This document shows positions 47,917 through 58,251 of a stretch of 64,000 nt of DNA, piece after piece. Made by a program: the position numbers and the translations under genes. The number at the start of each line of letters is the position of its first letter. Position 1 is the stretch's first letter. The notes beneath the pieces were generated by a model. It was given only the letters and a program-made list of their open reading frames with translations. It was not told where the DNA came from and searched no databases. Location of the stretch: positions 4,640,001 through 4,704,000 of the forward strand of contig OZ251518.1 of NCBI GenBank assembly GCA_965242965.1, written 5' to 3'. Source of the DNA: Candidatus Poribacteria bacterium (lineage in GTDB: Bacteria; Poribacteria; WGA-4E; WGA-3G).

Positions 47917-49728
47917 CTACGGCATCCGCAGCATTTCAAGCGTCGTTTTCAACTTTGGAATTAACGCGCTATCAAGCAAAAAAGTTACGTTCGGTTCGTG
48001 TTGCAGGCGCGCGTAGAAATGGCCGGATGCATCTGCTTCGCCGATTTGCAAAACAGCGTGCCTCCCGTTTCTGAATCCTAGACTTAGCTGCATGCGCGGG
48101 GGATTGAGCCCGATTTTCGTGGTATCCGGCGCGTCCGGTAAAAATTTTTCAACTCTCAAATCGTCAAGTTCATAGAGAATAGCGTTAATTTCGGCATTGT
48201 TCGCGTCTTCTTGCACAGGCGCGGTCAGCCGCCAATTCGTGCCGAGGCGTTGGCATGTCAGTGAGACATCGTCATATTTTAACGCAAACCGATTAATGTC
48301 GTCAATACCAAAATTCAGAATCTGTTTATCGCGCAGCCACGCAACCCCGTTTGCGATGTTGTCAATGAGCGCGCGGTTGACAAGCGAGACTTGAGATGAA
48401 TCTCCCGATTTGACGTAGACAGCATCCTCTTTCCGATTTCCGATGAGTAGCACGGCGGGGTTTTCTTCGCCGCGCTGAGTGAATGAAACCTGCATCGCGG
48501 GCGGAGCCAAGCCGTATAACCTCAGATTGGTGGCTGCGTCGGTGACAAATTCGATTGCTTTAAGGGAATCTACGCCGAAAACCAGGTCATCGATGGCTTG
48601 CGCATCCGCCTTTGTCTGGATGGGGGTTTTTAAGTCCCAGGTGTCATCAAAATTCTTGACACAGACAATGTTTTCGTTTCCTTCTGTTTTCTCACCGTGT
48701 CTCGTTCTTTCAATCTCAATCCGAGTCGTCGCGGTGCGCTGAAAGTCAAGCACCCGTTTATCACGTAGGGCAAAGACAGATTTATTGAGCTGCGCGTAGA
48801 TGTCATCGGCGAGGGTGTAGACTGCCCTGCGGTTTTCAGGTTTCACATAAGTTCCGCTCCCGATGTGAAGTCCGTGCGTTCCATTTTCGTCTGTCAGTAT
48901 AACCGATACCCGTGGAAGATGCAAGCCATATTTTTGTAATGTTAGCGCGGGTGCCTCGCCTGGCCAATCTGCCTCAAACGTTGCTACCTGAAGTGAACCG
49001 AGCGTGGAGACGAGCCTTTCGATTTCTTGCGCGTCTGCTTTAGCCGAAAGGGGATGCGTCATTGTCCACGTATCCTCTATTTTCTCACACCGAATCTCCT
49101 CCGCGTGCCTGTCGGAAGGCGTAGTGCCTGTCCCTTTCATTAACCGAATTTCAGATACCGTTTCCGGGTTAAACCGAAGAACCGTTCGGGAACGCAGGTC
49201 GGTTGGAGATTTCGCAAGATCATCCAGCGTGCTAGATTCAATGAGGAAAATATGCGGCTCCGATTTCTCTTTGGCGTAGACAGAAAAGTTAATCGTTTTC
49301 TTGCCGATGAGAAACCTGACTGTAGGCGTGCTATTGCCAATTGTCTCTGTCCACAGTGACACTGTGATACTCGGCGTGTCCAGTCCATATTGCCCCAATT
49401 CAGTCACCGCAAGCGTCTGTTTGACGCGTTTGTTGAGCAGATTTTCCAACATTTCGGAGACTTTCTCGCCGTTTGCGTCTGCAGTGAAAGGTTCGGTTAA
49501 CTGCCATGCCCCTGCAGCACTCTTCACTAACGTCAACGGCTGATACGCCGTATCGGCGAACGCAAGGCTTATTTGCCGAACTCGTTCCTGCGTTAAGCCG
49601 TAAACCTCATGAATGCGCGGTTTTTCGTTTATGGAGCCCGAGTCTTCCGATTCTTGAAAGAAGAGGAAGTAAGTTCCGGCGAGGCACGCGAGCAAAATGA
49701 TAATGATGAGCGTCGTTCGGAAATTCAC
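47917..49728 (-). CDS. DUF4340 repeat protein
   Basis: Three repeats of W....P...AD, L..YGL..P, IG, LR.(K/R). Confidence 0.85.
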   Translation of the reverse strand: MNFRTTLIIIILLACLAGTYFLFFQESEDSGSINEKPRIHEVYGLTQERVRQISLAFADTAYQPLTLVKSAAGAWQLTEPFTADANGEKVSEMLENLLNKRVKQTLAVTELGQYGLDTPSITVSLWTETIGNSTPTVRFLIGKKTINFSVYAKEKSEPHIFLIESSTLDDLAKSPTDLRSRTVLRFNPETVSEIRLMKGTGTTPSDRHAEEIRCEKIEDTWTMTHPLSAKADAQEIERLVSTLGSLQVATFEADWPGEAPALTLQKYGLHLPRVSVILTDENGTHGLHIGSGTYVKPENRRAVYTLADDIYAQLNKSVFALRDKRVLDFQRTATTRIEIERTRHGEKTEGNENIVCVKNFDDTWDLKTPIQTKADAQAIDDLVFGVDSLKAIEFVTDAATNLRLYGLAPPAMQVSFTQRGEENPAVLLIGNRKEDAVYVKSGDSSQVSLVNRALIDNIANGVAWLRDKQILNFGIDDINRFALKYDDVSLTCQRLGTNWRLTAPVQEDANNAEINAILYELDDLRVEKFLPDAPDTTKIGLNPPRMQLSLGFRNGRHAVLQIGEADASGHFYARLQHEPNVTFLLDSALIPKLKTTLEMLRMP

Positions 49729-51275
49729 GCGGTTCCCCCTCGGCGCTGCCACCAGACGATTAACCCGGCGATAAACACCGCCATCGGGATAAAAAAGATG
49801 GAGAGTATCTGCACCAAACCTGCCTCTTGCGCGCTCATTTGGCGCAATGCCCGTTGCTGTAACTCGATGGGACTGATAGCAACCAGGTCTTCCGCTAGTG
49901 TGAGCCAGTTGATTGTCGCCACAAACAGTTCCCGATTTGCGGTTCTGAAAAAGGTATTTGAGGCGAAATCGGAATCCCCGAATACAACGATGCGCGTGTT
50001 TTGGTTCGTGTCTTCGGTTTGCTCAACGGCTACGGCGATGGATACCGGCGGCGGCGTATCCACACCCGGTGTGAACTCAATTCCGCGTTCGTGTTCTGTT
50101 TCTCCCCAGCTGACGCGCGTTTCCCCCACGGTTTTCGCCAAGGATTTCACTCGGAGTCCATCCGGTATTTCTTCGGCAGGTGTGACAGAACGGGTGCCGA
50201 GGAACGGGATGCCTGCGCCTTGCAGCGAGCGCGTAATATCGTGCTGTTCAAACTCTGGAAACGGCGCAGTGTGTCCATGAACCCCGGAATGGACAAGATC
50301 TATGACTAAATCGTTTCTCACTTCAACGCCCCATTTTCGCATCAGTTGAACGAGCCGCTGATCTTCCCAGTCAGTTGACGGTTCTAGCAACAGGAGCAGT
50401 TTGCCGTTGCGTTCAAGGTATTCGGTGAGCATTTTCAGTTCCTCTCGCGTCAGTGGGGCTTTCGGGCCGGCGATGACGAGGACTGCACAATCCGCGGGAA
50501 TGCTCGGTTGAACGAGCGACGAAAAGAGCCATACGGCATAATTCTGGTTTTCCAGTTCCGCCTTCACCTCGCTATACCCGATGGGAGTTCTGTCCTCGAT
50601 GCCGCGTTCTTCGTGCCCTGTGAGGAAATAGACATTTTTTGTCTCATTCCTGATGAGTTTGAGAATCGCGCTGGTGAATTTCTGCTCGTCCACGGTGCTA
50701 ACCTTTTCAATCCTGTCCCCGCTCTCAAAAACGGTTGTTCCATCTCGCTGGATGCCGTATTTATCAACAAGAAGCCGTTCAATATACGGATTCACAAAAG
50801 AGACGGTGATGCGTTCGGATTCGTGGACATAGAGTGCCAACATCTCTTTGGCACGAGCGGCCTCGCGAGTGAGCTGGCTGTTATCGCCATCGCTGAAAAA
50901 CGCCGTAACCTGAATCGCCTTGTCAAGGGTTTTAAGGACGTTCTTCGTCTGCTCCGAGAGGGTGTAGAGTTGCAGCGTGGTTAAATCGGCGCGTTTATTG
51001 AACCGCTGCGCGACGATGACGTTGACAAAGACAGCGATGCCGATAACGCCGATGATGCTCATCGCGACGTTCGCGCCGTAACGCGCTTGGCGGCTGACGA
51101 AGAAGTTCACAAAATCGGCGAACCGCAGCCGGGCGAAGACGGCTAGCGAAGCGATGCTGAAAAGTAGGCAAATCGCGAAGGCGGGCATCGCGCGCAGGAA
51201 AAAACTGGAGAGCGCGACAAAGCCGAAAATTAGTGCGAGGAGGCCGAAAAGGGGGCCTGTGTTTTTGGTGGACAT
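49725..51275 (-). CDS. GldG-like ABC auxiliary component
   Basis: DLT..QLYTLSEQT, YFLTGHEE, VIAGPK, VVFGDSDF. Confidence 0.88.
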   Translation of the reverse strand: MSTKNTGPLFGLLALIFGFVALSSFFLRAMPAFAICLLFSIASLAVFARLRFADFVNFFVSRQARYGANVAMSIIGVIGIAVFVNVIVAQRFNKRADLTTLQLYTLSEQTKNVLKTLDKAIQVTAFFSDGDNSQLTREAARAKEMLALYVHESERITVSFVNPYIERLLVDKYGIQRDGTTVFESGDRIEKVSTVDEQKFTSAILKLIRNETKNVYFLTGHEERGIEDRTPIGYSEVKAELENQNYAVWLFSSLVQPSIPADCAVLVIAGPKAPLTREELKMLTEYLERNGKLLLLLEPSTDWEDQRLVQLMRKWGVEVRNDLVIDLVHSGVHGHTAPFPEFEQHDITRSLQGAGIPFLGTRSVTPAEEIPDGLRVKSLAKTVGETRVSWGETEHERGIEFTPGVDTPPPVSIAVAVEQTEDTNQNTRIVVFGDSDFASNTFFRTANRELFVATINWLTLAEDLVAISPIELQQRALRQMSAQEAGLVQILSIFFIPMAVFIAGLIVWWQRRGGTA

Positions 51276-51337
51276 GTTTTTATGACACAGCGTGGCGTGG
51301 GACAGGTTTTCCCAACGCCCTACGGTATCTCCAGAGC

Positions 51338-51451
51338 ATGGCGAGGGACAGGCCCTCGCCCTACGATGAGTGAACGATGGCGAGGGACAGGCCCTCGCCC
51401 TACGATGAATAAGCAGTTAACTACGGCGAGGGACAGGCCCTCGCCCTACGA
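51338..51451. repeat. Tandem REP x3
   Basis: GGCGAGGGACAGGCCCTCGCCCTACGATGA x3. Confidence 0.9.
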
Positions 51452-51467
51452 TGAAAAAGTGGCTAGG

Positions 51468-52193
51468 TTATCTCCATTTAGACGATTCAACCGATTTGAA
51501 CGTTGCGAACAGACAGACGCACGTGAAACTGGCGTAGTAAACAACGTGTTTGAGCACGATGACACCTCGCGCGAAATCGTAGTAGTGTTCCGGCAGTGAA
51601 AGATAACTTAGGAATTTTCCGAGTGCACCGGCACGCGTTGATAATGCGCCGATTACCCATAATGTGATGAGCAATCCGAAACTGGATAGGGCGGCGACGA
51701 GTTGGTTTTTGCTCATGGACGACATCAGTAATCCCAACGACAGAAAAGCGGAACCAATGAGCAGCAATCCGAAGTATCCGCTCAGCAGCGTGCCCGTGTC
51801 CACGGGCCCGAAACGTTGCGCGAGGAACGGGAAAAACAGCGTCAAACCCAGCATCATGAGCAGCAGCACCCAACTGGCGAAGAACTTGCCGAGGACTACT
51901 TGTCCATCGGTAATCGGCGCGGTGAGGAGGAGCTCAATAGTGCCGGATTTCCGTTCCTCAGCGAACAGTTTCATCGTCAGCACCGGTGTGAAGAAGAGCA
52001 GGATGACGGCCATGTTGCCGAAGAGCGTGTTCATCACGTCTGCACCGGAACCGCCGTAGTTGCTGGTGCTGAGGAGCAGGAGCGAAAATAGAAACCCCGA
52101 AATCGCTGTGAAGACGAAGCAGACGAAATAGGCGATGGGTGACACAAAATAGGTGTAGAGCTCTTTTGTGCAAACGGCGATGATGTTTTTCAT
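51468..52193 (-). CDS. GldF-like ABC-2 permease
   Basis: KEL..YF.SPIAY, TM..FAEERKSGTIELLLT.P, VLGKF, NQ..AA. Confidence 0.9.
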   Translation of the reverse strand: MKNIIAVCTKELYTYFVSPIAYFVCFVFTAISGFLFSLLLLSTSNYGGSGADVMNTLFGNMAVILLFFTPVLTMKLFAEERKSGTIELLLTAPITDGQVVLGKFFASWVLLLMMLGLTLFFPFLAQRFGPVDTGTLLSGYFGLLLIGSAFLSLGLLMSSMSKNQLVAALSSFGLLITLWVIGALSTRAGALGKFLSYLSLPEHYYDFARGVIVLKHVVYYASFTCVCLFATFKSVESSKWR

Positions 52194-52206
52194 AGCGTGA
52201 GCCGTG

Positions 52207-52941
52207 TTAACGCGGAAACCGCAAACGCGCCTTCCCGACAAAGAAAGGCCCCAGGGATTCAATATACTTCGTCGTTTGTTCCGTTTGGCGCATGTCTTGG
52301 ATGAGACGCGATAACGGATACAACTCCGCGCCGACTAAGCCGATGACGAACTCGTTGTCGTTCGTATCCAAACCGAAGGATGCCAAGCGGATGTCACTTG
52401 CATAGCCAGCGGCGGCGTAATTCCGTCCAAGCATCGCGTGTTCGCCTAAAATGCGTCCCCGTTCGCGCGGCTCAAGCCGATAAAACTCGGGCTTCCGACG
52501 CAGTGGGTACCAAATAGCCCATGGGCAATCCGGGTTGAGCGCGTTCTGGAGCGGCTTGTTAATGAGCCACTGCTCCAAATCAGGTTCTCGGCCGGTGGCG
52601 TAAGTGCGCCCAATCATCGTCATCTCCGGACGATAGGTGAGTTTCGTGAACGGGATAGATGTAAAGGTGGAACGCACCTCTGTGATGAGTTTCCCCAGGT
52701 CCTCTTCCATAAAGAGAATGCCGATACCTGAAGGATGATTGAGTTCTTCGTAAAGCACGGCGTTTATGTCGGTTATCTCAAGTAACTCGGAAAGCACTTT
52801 AGGGTTCCGGCATCCAGAAAAGACGTGGAGTTGGCAGAACAGTCGCCTGCCGCTCGTTTGCGGTTCGCCATCAATTGGCGCGCCGATTTCGCGGATGTCC
52901 AGCGGTTCTGGACGCGTCGGCCTCCGTTTTTCAGTGTGCAT
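52207..52941 (-). CDS. Chlorite dismutase family / coproheme decarboxylase-like
   Basis: WYPLRR...FY.L...ER..IL.EH...G, FGLD.ND.EFVI, GPFFVG. Confidence 0.8.
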   Translation of the reverse strand: MHTEKRRPTRPEPLDIREIGAPIDGEPQTSGRRLFCQLHVFSGCRNPKVLSELLEITDINAVLYEELNHPSGIGILFMEEDLGKLITEVRSTFTSIPFTKLTYRPEMTMIGRTYATGREPDLEQWLINKPLQNALNPDCPWAIWYPLRRKPEFYRLEPRERGRILGEHAMLGRNYAAAGYASDIRLASFGLDTNDNEFVIGLVGAELYPLSRLIQDMRQTEQTTKYIESLGPFFVGKARLRFPR

Positions 52942-53028
52942 GGTTTATTTCCTGTTCGTTAGTTGTAACGTGCCGCCCCGGCACGGCGAGGGATAGGTTT
53001 CCCGCGCCCTACGGTAAGCAAAATAGGT

Positions 53029-54594
53029 TTAGCGTTTTTTCGTGTAAGACTGACGAATCCACTCTTCCAGCACCGTGTCAGGATTTTCCACAACGGCTTT
53101 GGGGAAAGTGAACGTCGATTGTCCCGTGTTCTGCTTGATGAGATTCAAGCCGTGCTGGTAACTCTCTAGCAGTGCATCGCAGAGCTGGGGGAGCGTCTGT
53201 TCGTTTGCGATGGCGCGTTCGCAGAGGAGCGCGGTGGCATCGTCGTCAAATCGGATTTGCAACTGATGCTCGGCGTGGAAACGCGCCTCATAACGGCGAA
53301 GCTGCTCACCCATGACAAGGTGCCGGTTGTAATTGGCATCCCCGATTATCCGCTGCAACTCTGTCTGCGGTTCATCGATGACCTCGGCGGTAACAACGAA
53401 TTCTTGCACGCCGGTGGAAGGCAGCTCAAACTTATAATCCCGCAGTGCCTTCTCACAGACAGTCATCAAGGCACGCGCGCCGGTTTTCTGCTCAATTGCC
53501 TTCTCGGCGATGCGGTGCAGCCCGCTATCCGCAAACAGTACGGTGATGCCATACGCCTGAAACGCGCGCTCATACTGCCGAATAATGGAGCCTTCTGAGT
53601 GTTTCAAAATATGGAAAAGATCTTCGACTTGCAATTCGCTGCAGACGACATGCACCGGCATCCGCCCGATGAATTCCGGTTCAAAGCCGTAGTCAATGAA
53701 ATCCTTCGGGGTGACATCCTGAAAATAGTGGCCCGCGTCCACGTTCTGGCTCACGACGTTTGCATTGAACCCGATGCGGCTCTGATGCATCCGCTTCTTG
53801 ATGATCTTCTCCATGCCGGTGAACGCGCCGCTGATGATAAAGAGGATATGGCGCGTATTGATGACCTCTTTTTCTACCTTTCCGCGCCGCTGGAATTCCA
53901 TCGCCGCCCGCATTTGCGAGGCGACATCGTGCCCGGAACGCAGGTCTACCTCAGTTTCCTCCATTAATTTCAGGAGGCCAATCTGCACGCCGCGTCCGCT
54001 CACATCACGTCCGATGATGTTCGGCGGCGTGGCGATTTTGTCTGCTTCGTCCAAATAGACAATCCCGTATTGCGCCAATTCAAGGTTATCGTCCGCCTGC
54101 GTGACGAGTTCGCGAATCAAGTCATCGACGTTCGCGCCGACGTAGCCGGTTTCACTGAATCGGGTTGCATCCGCTTTGACAAACGGCACGCCGATTAACT
54201 TGGCGATGTAGCGGATCAGATACGTCTTGCCAACCCCCGTCGGACCTAGCATGACGATGTTCTGCTTGGAGTAGTCGCTCTCGGCGGTATCCGGGTTCTC
54301 GTGGCATTCTCGGACATGATTGTAGTGGTCACAGACAGCGATAGCGAGTGCCTTCTTCGCGTCGTCCTGCTGGATGACATACCGGTCCAAGTATTTCTTA
54401 ATCTCCACCGGCTTCAGGTCAAACTTCAAATCGAAGGTTTTCTTCGGCGTGGGGATGTCTTCGGTTGCGTCCGGTGATGGTGCTTGCGCGCCAGCGGTGA
54501 CATCGCCGAGTTGGACTGCTCCGCCGTACTTCCGATTGACGAAATCTTGGAGATCCTTCTGAAGTTCTTCAGGTGTCGGTATTTTGTTATTCAT
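53029..54594 (-). CDS. ClpX-like AAA+ ATPase without N-terminal zinc-binding domain
   Basis: GPTGVGKT, ETGYVG, DEADKI, RDVSG.GVQ..LLK, IGF loop, TGARAL. Confidence 0.88.
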   Translation of the reverse strand: MNNKIPTPEELQKDLQDFVNRKYGGAVQLGDVTAGAQAPSPDATEDIPTPKKTFDLKFDLKPVEIKKYLDRYVIQQDDAKKALAIAVCDHYNHVRECHENPDTAESDYSKQNIVMLGPTGVGKTYLIRYIAKLIGVPFVKADATRFSETGYVGANVDDLIRELVTQADDNLELAQYGIVYLDEADKIATPPNIIGRDVSGRGVQIGLLKLMEETEVDLRSGHDVASQMRAAMEFQRRGKVEKEVINTRHILFIISGAFTGMEKIIKKRMHQSRIGFNANVVSQNVDAGHYFQDVTPKDFIDYGFEPEFIGRMPVHVVCSELQVEDLFHILKHSEGSIIRQYERAFQAYGITVLFADSGLHRIAEKAIEQKTGARALMTVCEKALRDYKFELPSTGVQEFVVTAEVIDEPQTELQRIIGDANYNRHLVMGEQLRRYEARFHAEHQLQIRFDDDATALLCERAIANEQTLPQLCDALLESYQHGLNLIKQNTGQSTFTFPKAVVENPDTVLEEWIRQSYTKKR

Positions 54595-54619
54595 TGTTTT
54601 TCCTTGTTTGTTGTCAGTG

Positions 54620-55092
54620 CCTGGCGAGGGGGTGGCGTTTTTTTCCCGTAGCGCGGGGGCCTGTCCCCCGCGATCTCTCCGACGCTGCTTGATACAACCG
54701 AGGCACGGCGAGGGACAGGCCCTCGCCCTACGGTGAAGGGATGGCGTTTTTTTCCCGTAGCGCGGGGGCCTGTCCCCCGCGATTGCTCGCATACCCGATG
54801 GCTTGGCGAGGGACAGGCCCTCGCCCTACGGTGAAAGGGAGACGGCCTCCCCAACCGTAGCGCGGGGGCCTGTCCCCCGCGATCTCTCCGATGCTGCTTG
54901 ATACAACCGAGGCACGGCGAGGGACAGGCCCTCGCCCTACGGGGAAAGGGAGACGGCCTCACTAACCGTAGCGCGGGGGCCTGTCCCCCGCGATCTCTCC
55001 AACGCTGCTTGATACAACCGAGACACGGCGAGGGACAGGCCCTCGCCCTACGGTGAAGGGATGGCGAGGGACAGGCCCTCGCCCTACGGTGA
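54620..55092. repeat. BIME-like tandem array of REP doublets
   Basis: Four GTAGCGCGGGGGCCTGTCCCCCGCG / GGCGAGGGACAGGCCCTCGCCCTAC doublets, three with the same spacer. Confidence 0.92.
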
Positions 55093-55100
55093 AACGGAGG

Positions 55101-56123
55101 TTAGGTTAACTCCCTTCGGACGATTTCGGTGCCCGCTGCCATCGCCTTCAGTTTTGCCACGGATGCCCACCGTGCCGTTTGGCTAAACCCACAGTCCGGC
55201 GTAATAGTGAGTTTCTCTGGCCGGACATGCTTGAGGACTCTCCGAAGCAGTGCGGCCACATCTTCCGGTGTCTCCACGTAGTAATTTTTGACATCAATGA
55301 GGCCGGCAGCCAGTTCCTTGTCGTTCGGAAACTCGCTCCACAATTCGATTTCGGCGAGTTCGCGGTTGGCGAATTCAAGCGCGACCTGGTCGAAATTTGC
55401 CTCAAGAATGTGCGGAAACAGTTGACGATACGAACGTTTCCCGACGGCTCTGCCGCGATAGTTCCCGAAACAGATATGCACGCCTATCTTTGCGGCAACG
55501 CCTTCGACGGTGTGATTAAACAGTTTGACAAACTCCTGCGGCCTGTCGGGATAAACGGCGTAAGAGGGTTCGTCAAGTTGAATGAATTCTGCACCTGCGG
55601 CGACGAGTTGCCGGAGTTCGGCGTTAATAATATCGGCGCAGGCGTAAGCCACCTCAAGACGTTCTTTGTAGATACCGCCGGTCTGGATACGCCCAGAGAG
55701 GGTAAAGGGCCCGGGGCATGTCACCTTGAGCGGTTTCGTGGCTTCGGTTTTGGCGAATTCAAATTCGGCGACGATGCCGAGTCCATCGGGTGCGGCGAGC
55801 GGCACGGTAGGCAGCCATTTCCCACGCTGGTCATGTCCATCAGGGCCTTGCGTCCTAGGCGCGGGCTGCTGCTCCAACCCGGTGAGCCGTTCGTAGAACC
55901 CAAGCACAAAGTCTTGCCGTCGCATTTCGCCTTCGGTGATGATGTCCACGCCGGCCCGCTCCTGGTCGGCGATGGCGATGCGGACTGCGTCGTTGAAGGT
56001 TTCGTTGATATCGGTTTCGCCGAGTTCCCCTCTGCCAATCGCCTCCAGCGTGACGCAGAGCCAACTCGGTGGTGCATAACTGCCGATAGTGCTAGTAGGG
56101 ATTAAAATGTCGGTGTCTTTCAT
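55101..56123 (-). CDS. Cobalamin-independent methionine synthase, catalytic-domain-only type
   Basis: IGSY.PP, Q..AG.DI..EGE.RR, GPFTL, IQLDEP, HICFGN, PDCG. Confidence 0.88.
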   Translation of the reverse strand: MKDTDILIPTSTIGSYAPPSWLCVTLEAIGRGELGETDINETFNDAVRIAIADQERAGVDIITEGEMRRQDFVLGFYERLTGLEQQPAPRTQGPDGHDQRGKWLPTVPLAAPDGLGIVAEFEFAKTEATKPLKVTCPGPFTLSGRIQTGGIYKERLEVAYACADIINAELRQLVAAGAEFIQLDEPSYAVYPDRPQEFVKLFNHTVEGVAAKIGVHICFGNYRGRAVGKRSYRQLFPHILEANFDQVALEFANRELAEIELWSEFPNDKELAAGLIDVKNYYVETPEDVAALLRRVLKHVRPEKLTITPDCGFSQTARWASVAKLKAMAAGTEIVRRELT

Positions 56124-56135
56124 GAACTTCCTCAG

Positions 56136-56357
56136 TTAAGCAAATTTCCTGTCTTCTGTCAGCGAGTTGGATGTCGCTGCAACCGATGGAGCGATTTCCT
56201 TGTTTGGGCGGCAGGTCTGGTTCTCCTTCCTGCGCAATCTGCGGGTGCGACACATTTGCAGGTAGTCAATGTATCTGTCTATGTCGTGCCCAAATTCCGC
56301 CGAGATTTTGTGCCGGATACGCCGGATATCTTCGACGATGTTAGCGTCCTCAATCAT
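56136..56357 (-). CDS. Small hypothetical protein
   Basis: IVEDIRRIRHKIS.EFGHD...Y..YLQ; SD aggag. Confidence 0.6.
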   Translation of the reverse strand: MIEDANIVEDIRRIRHKISAEFGHDIDRYIDYLQMCRTRRLRRKENQTCRPNKEIAPSVAATSNSLTEDRKFA

Positions 56358-56369
56358 TGGAGACTCCTG

Positions 56370-57920
56370 TTAACTCGTGACGTTCGCGTAGAAAAAGGGC
56401 GGCATCGTCAATGCGACGACATCGTCTTCGCCAGAGATTTCGCGCGCCATCGCTAGTGCATCGTCAAGATTTTTCGCCCACTCCACGCCTAATCGTTGTG
56501 CCACGCGCGGCTCTTTCGGGCCCACCAAGATAACCTTGGAGAGGTATTTCAGCGGATACGTTGCCCAATACCAAACCGTGAACGGATGAAACCCGTGATG
56601 CGCGAACCGATGCCGATAGCAGTCGATTAGGTGCGGATCCGTGGCATATCTCTCCTGGAACTTCTGTTGCATCTGAAACGGCTCCGTCGTCTCGGCGAGC
56701 ACTTCGTCGTAAAACTGCTTGTAGGCGACGTGATATTCCTCGTGGAACACCTCGTAAGTCGGGTTCATGATGATGACAACGCCGCCCTTTTTGAGGATAG
56801 GCTTGTTATAGAACCAGTTGAAAACATACCCCAAGATGTCGCTGACGACAAGCACAGGATTAATGCGCGCGTCAACAGAATATGGACTCATATCGGGAAG
56901 CCCGAACACGAGAGTGCTGAATTGGCGCGGGATGTCTATCGCCAGCTGCTCTTTCATTAATGCGAGCGTCTTCGGATGGACTTCGTCAATGTCGCCAGCG
57001 TTTACGGCTATCGGTTCATAATCGGTGCGCACACTTTTGAGAATCTGATACCGCAACGCCTCTGGTAAAAGGGACAGAGTTGCCGGCGTGAAGACTTTCA
57101 GGAGTCTCTCGGCGAAGTTGCACTGACTGTTCGGTTTGCCGACGTAGCGCAGATGAAACGGATAGAGCGCGCCGTTCATCGCCGCTTCCAGCACCAAAAT
57201 AGGTGTCTCTTTCTGAATGAGGCGACTCATCCGTTCGATGCAGGCGTGCATGTGCGAACCGTCAGGTTGCATGACGTGCGGGCTCTCGGCTGTCATGTGC
57301 GGCGAGTGGTGCGGCGCGATGGATTGATACGTGCCGAGCCCGACTGCAACAGATTTATGTCCACCGTTGAGCGGAATCTGAATCGTATCAACGTAAATCA
57401 CCAAATCGCTGTCGAGGACTGCCTTGTCTGTCTCCACGATTTCGTCTTTTTCGGTTTTTCCGACGCGAACGATATGTTCGGCATCTTCGGCATCAAAATT
57501 TCGGAGTTGGTGCGGGTAGAACTCGTCCATGATATTTTTGCCGAGCATGTATGCCAGTTCGTGCGGCTTCATCTTTCGGTGCAGCGCGACAGCGCACATC
57601 AGTTGGATATTTTTCTTCTCAACGCCGTACGCGTAGAGCATCTTGAGGAGCGTCTCAATCATGATTTGACGCATATCGGGTTTTTTGGTTGCCGGAAACG
57701 GTTGGCAGTTGTCGTCAAATAGAATGAGCACCTTTGCATTGCCATCAACGAGTTCGCGTAGGGGCGGCATGCCGAGTGGGTTCTCAAATGCGCGTTGCGT
57801 TTGTTCGCTGAGCTCGGCGCGCTTGATACCGGGCATCGGCGGTTTGGCGTAATAAACCTCTGACGTATCCGGGAGTTTCGCGTTGATAAGTTGGTTTCCG
57901 AAATAGGTGAAGTATTTCAT
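56370..57920 (-). CDS. Lactate racemase (LarA/DUF2088) domain protein
   Basis: PLGMPPL.EL, DD..QP, ALHR.M, GGHKSV..GL. Confidence 0.8.
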   Translation of the reverse strand: MKYFTYFGNQLINAKLPDTSEVYYAKPPMPGIKRAELSEQTQRAFENPLGMPPLRELVDGNAKVLILFDDNCQPFPATKKPDMRQIMIETLLKMLYAYGVEKKNIQLMCAVALHRKMKPHELAYMLGKNIMDEFYPHQLRNFDAEDAEHIVRVGKTEKDEIVETDKAVLDSDLVIYVDTIQIPLNGGHKSVAVGLGTYQSIAPHHSPHMTAESPHVMQPDGSHMHACIERMSRLIQKETPILVLEAAMNGALYPFHLRYVGKPNSQCNFAERLLKVFTPATLSLLPEALRYQILKSVRTDYEPIAVNAGDIDEVHPKTLALMKEQLAIDIPRQFSTLVFGLPDMSPYSVDARINPVLVVSDILGYVFNWFYNKPILKKGGVVIIMNPTYEVFHEEYHVAYKQFYDEVLAETTEPFQMQQKFQERYATDPHLIDCYRHRFAHHGFHPFTVWYWATYPLKYLSKVILVGPKEPRVAQRLGVEWAKNLDDALAMAREISGEDDVVALTMPPFFYANVTS

Positions 57921-57994
57921 GTCATGTTTTGCTTTTGCAGGTTTTGATTTATTTTAGCATAGGTGCAGGAAATAGTGCAAGTTTTTTTTGCGCA

Positions 57995-58249
57995 AAAAAA
58001 TAGCGAGGCATAGTGCCTCGCGCTTCAAATCGAGACCAGGAGGTCTCTCCCACCTAGACATCGCTCGCATCAAGACAGGGAGGGCGCGCCGTTTTCTTGT
58101 TTCAGCGCGCGGTGCCGGCGGACAAGGGCCCGGCACGCGCGCCGCGCCGAGGGGTGCCCTCAGCAGTGATTTGCAGAGAAGCTGGGGCGGCACCTCCTCG
58201 CTTTTCTATCGGCACTTCGTCCAACCCCCAAGGGGGGATAAATACCCTC
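57995..58249. mobile_element. Partial MITE (reverse copy of the left part of the 61192 element)
   Basis: Reverse-complement similarity to 61192-61430; terminus internally deleted (AATACCCTC). Confidence 0.7.
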
Positions 58250-58251
58250 AA

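Noticed and set aside
54620-55092. Regular repeat-spacer pattern resembling CRISPR (also 44134-44353 and 51338-51451)
   Set aside because: Spacers are themselves repeated, units are REPs dispersed across the window in both orientations, and no cas genes are present.
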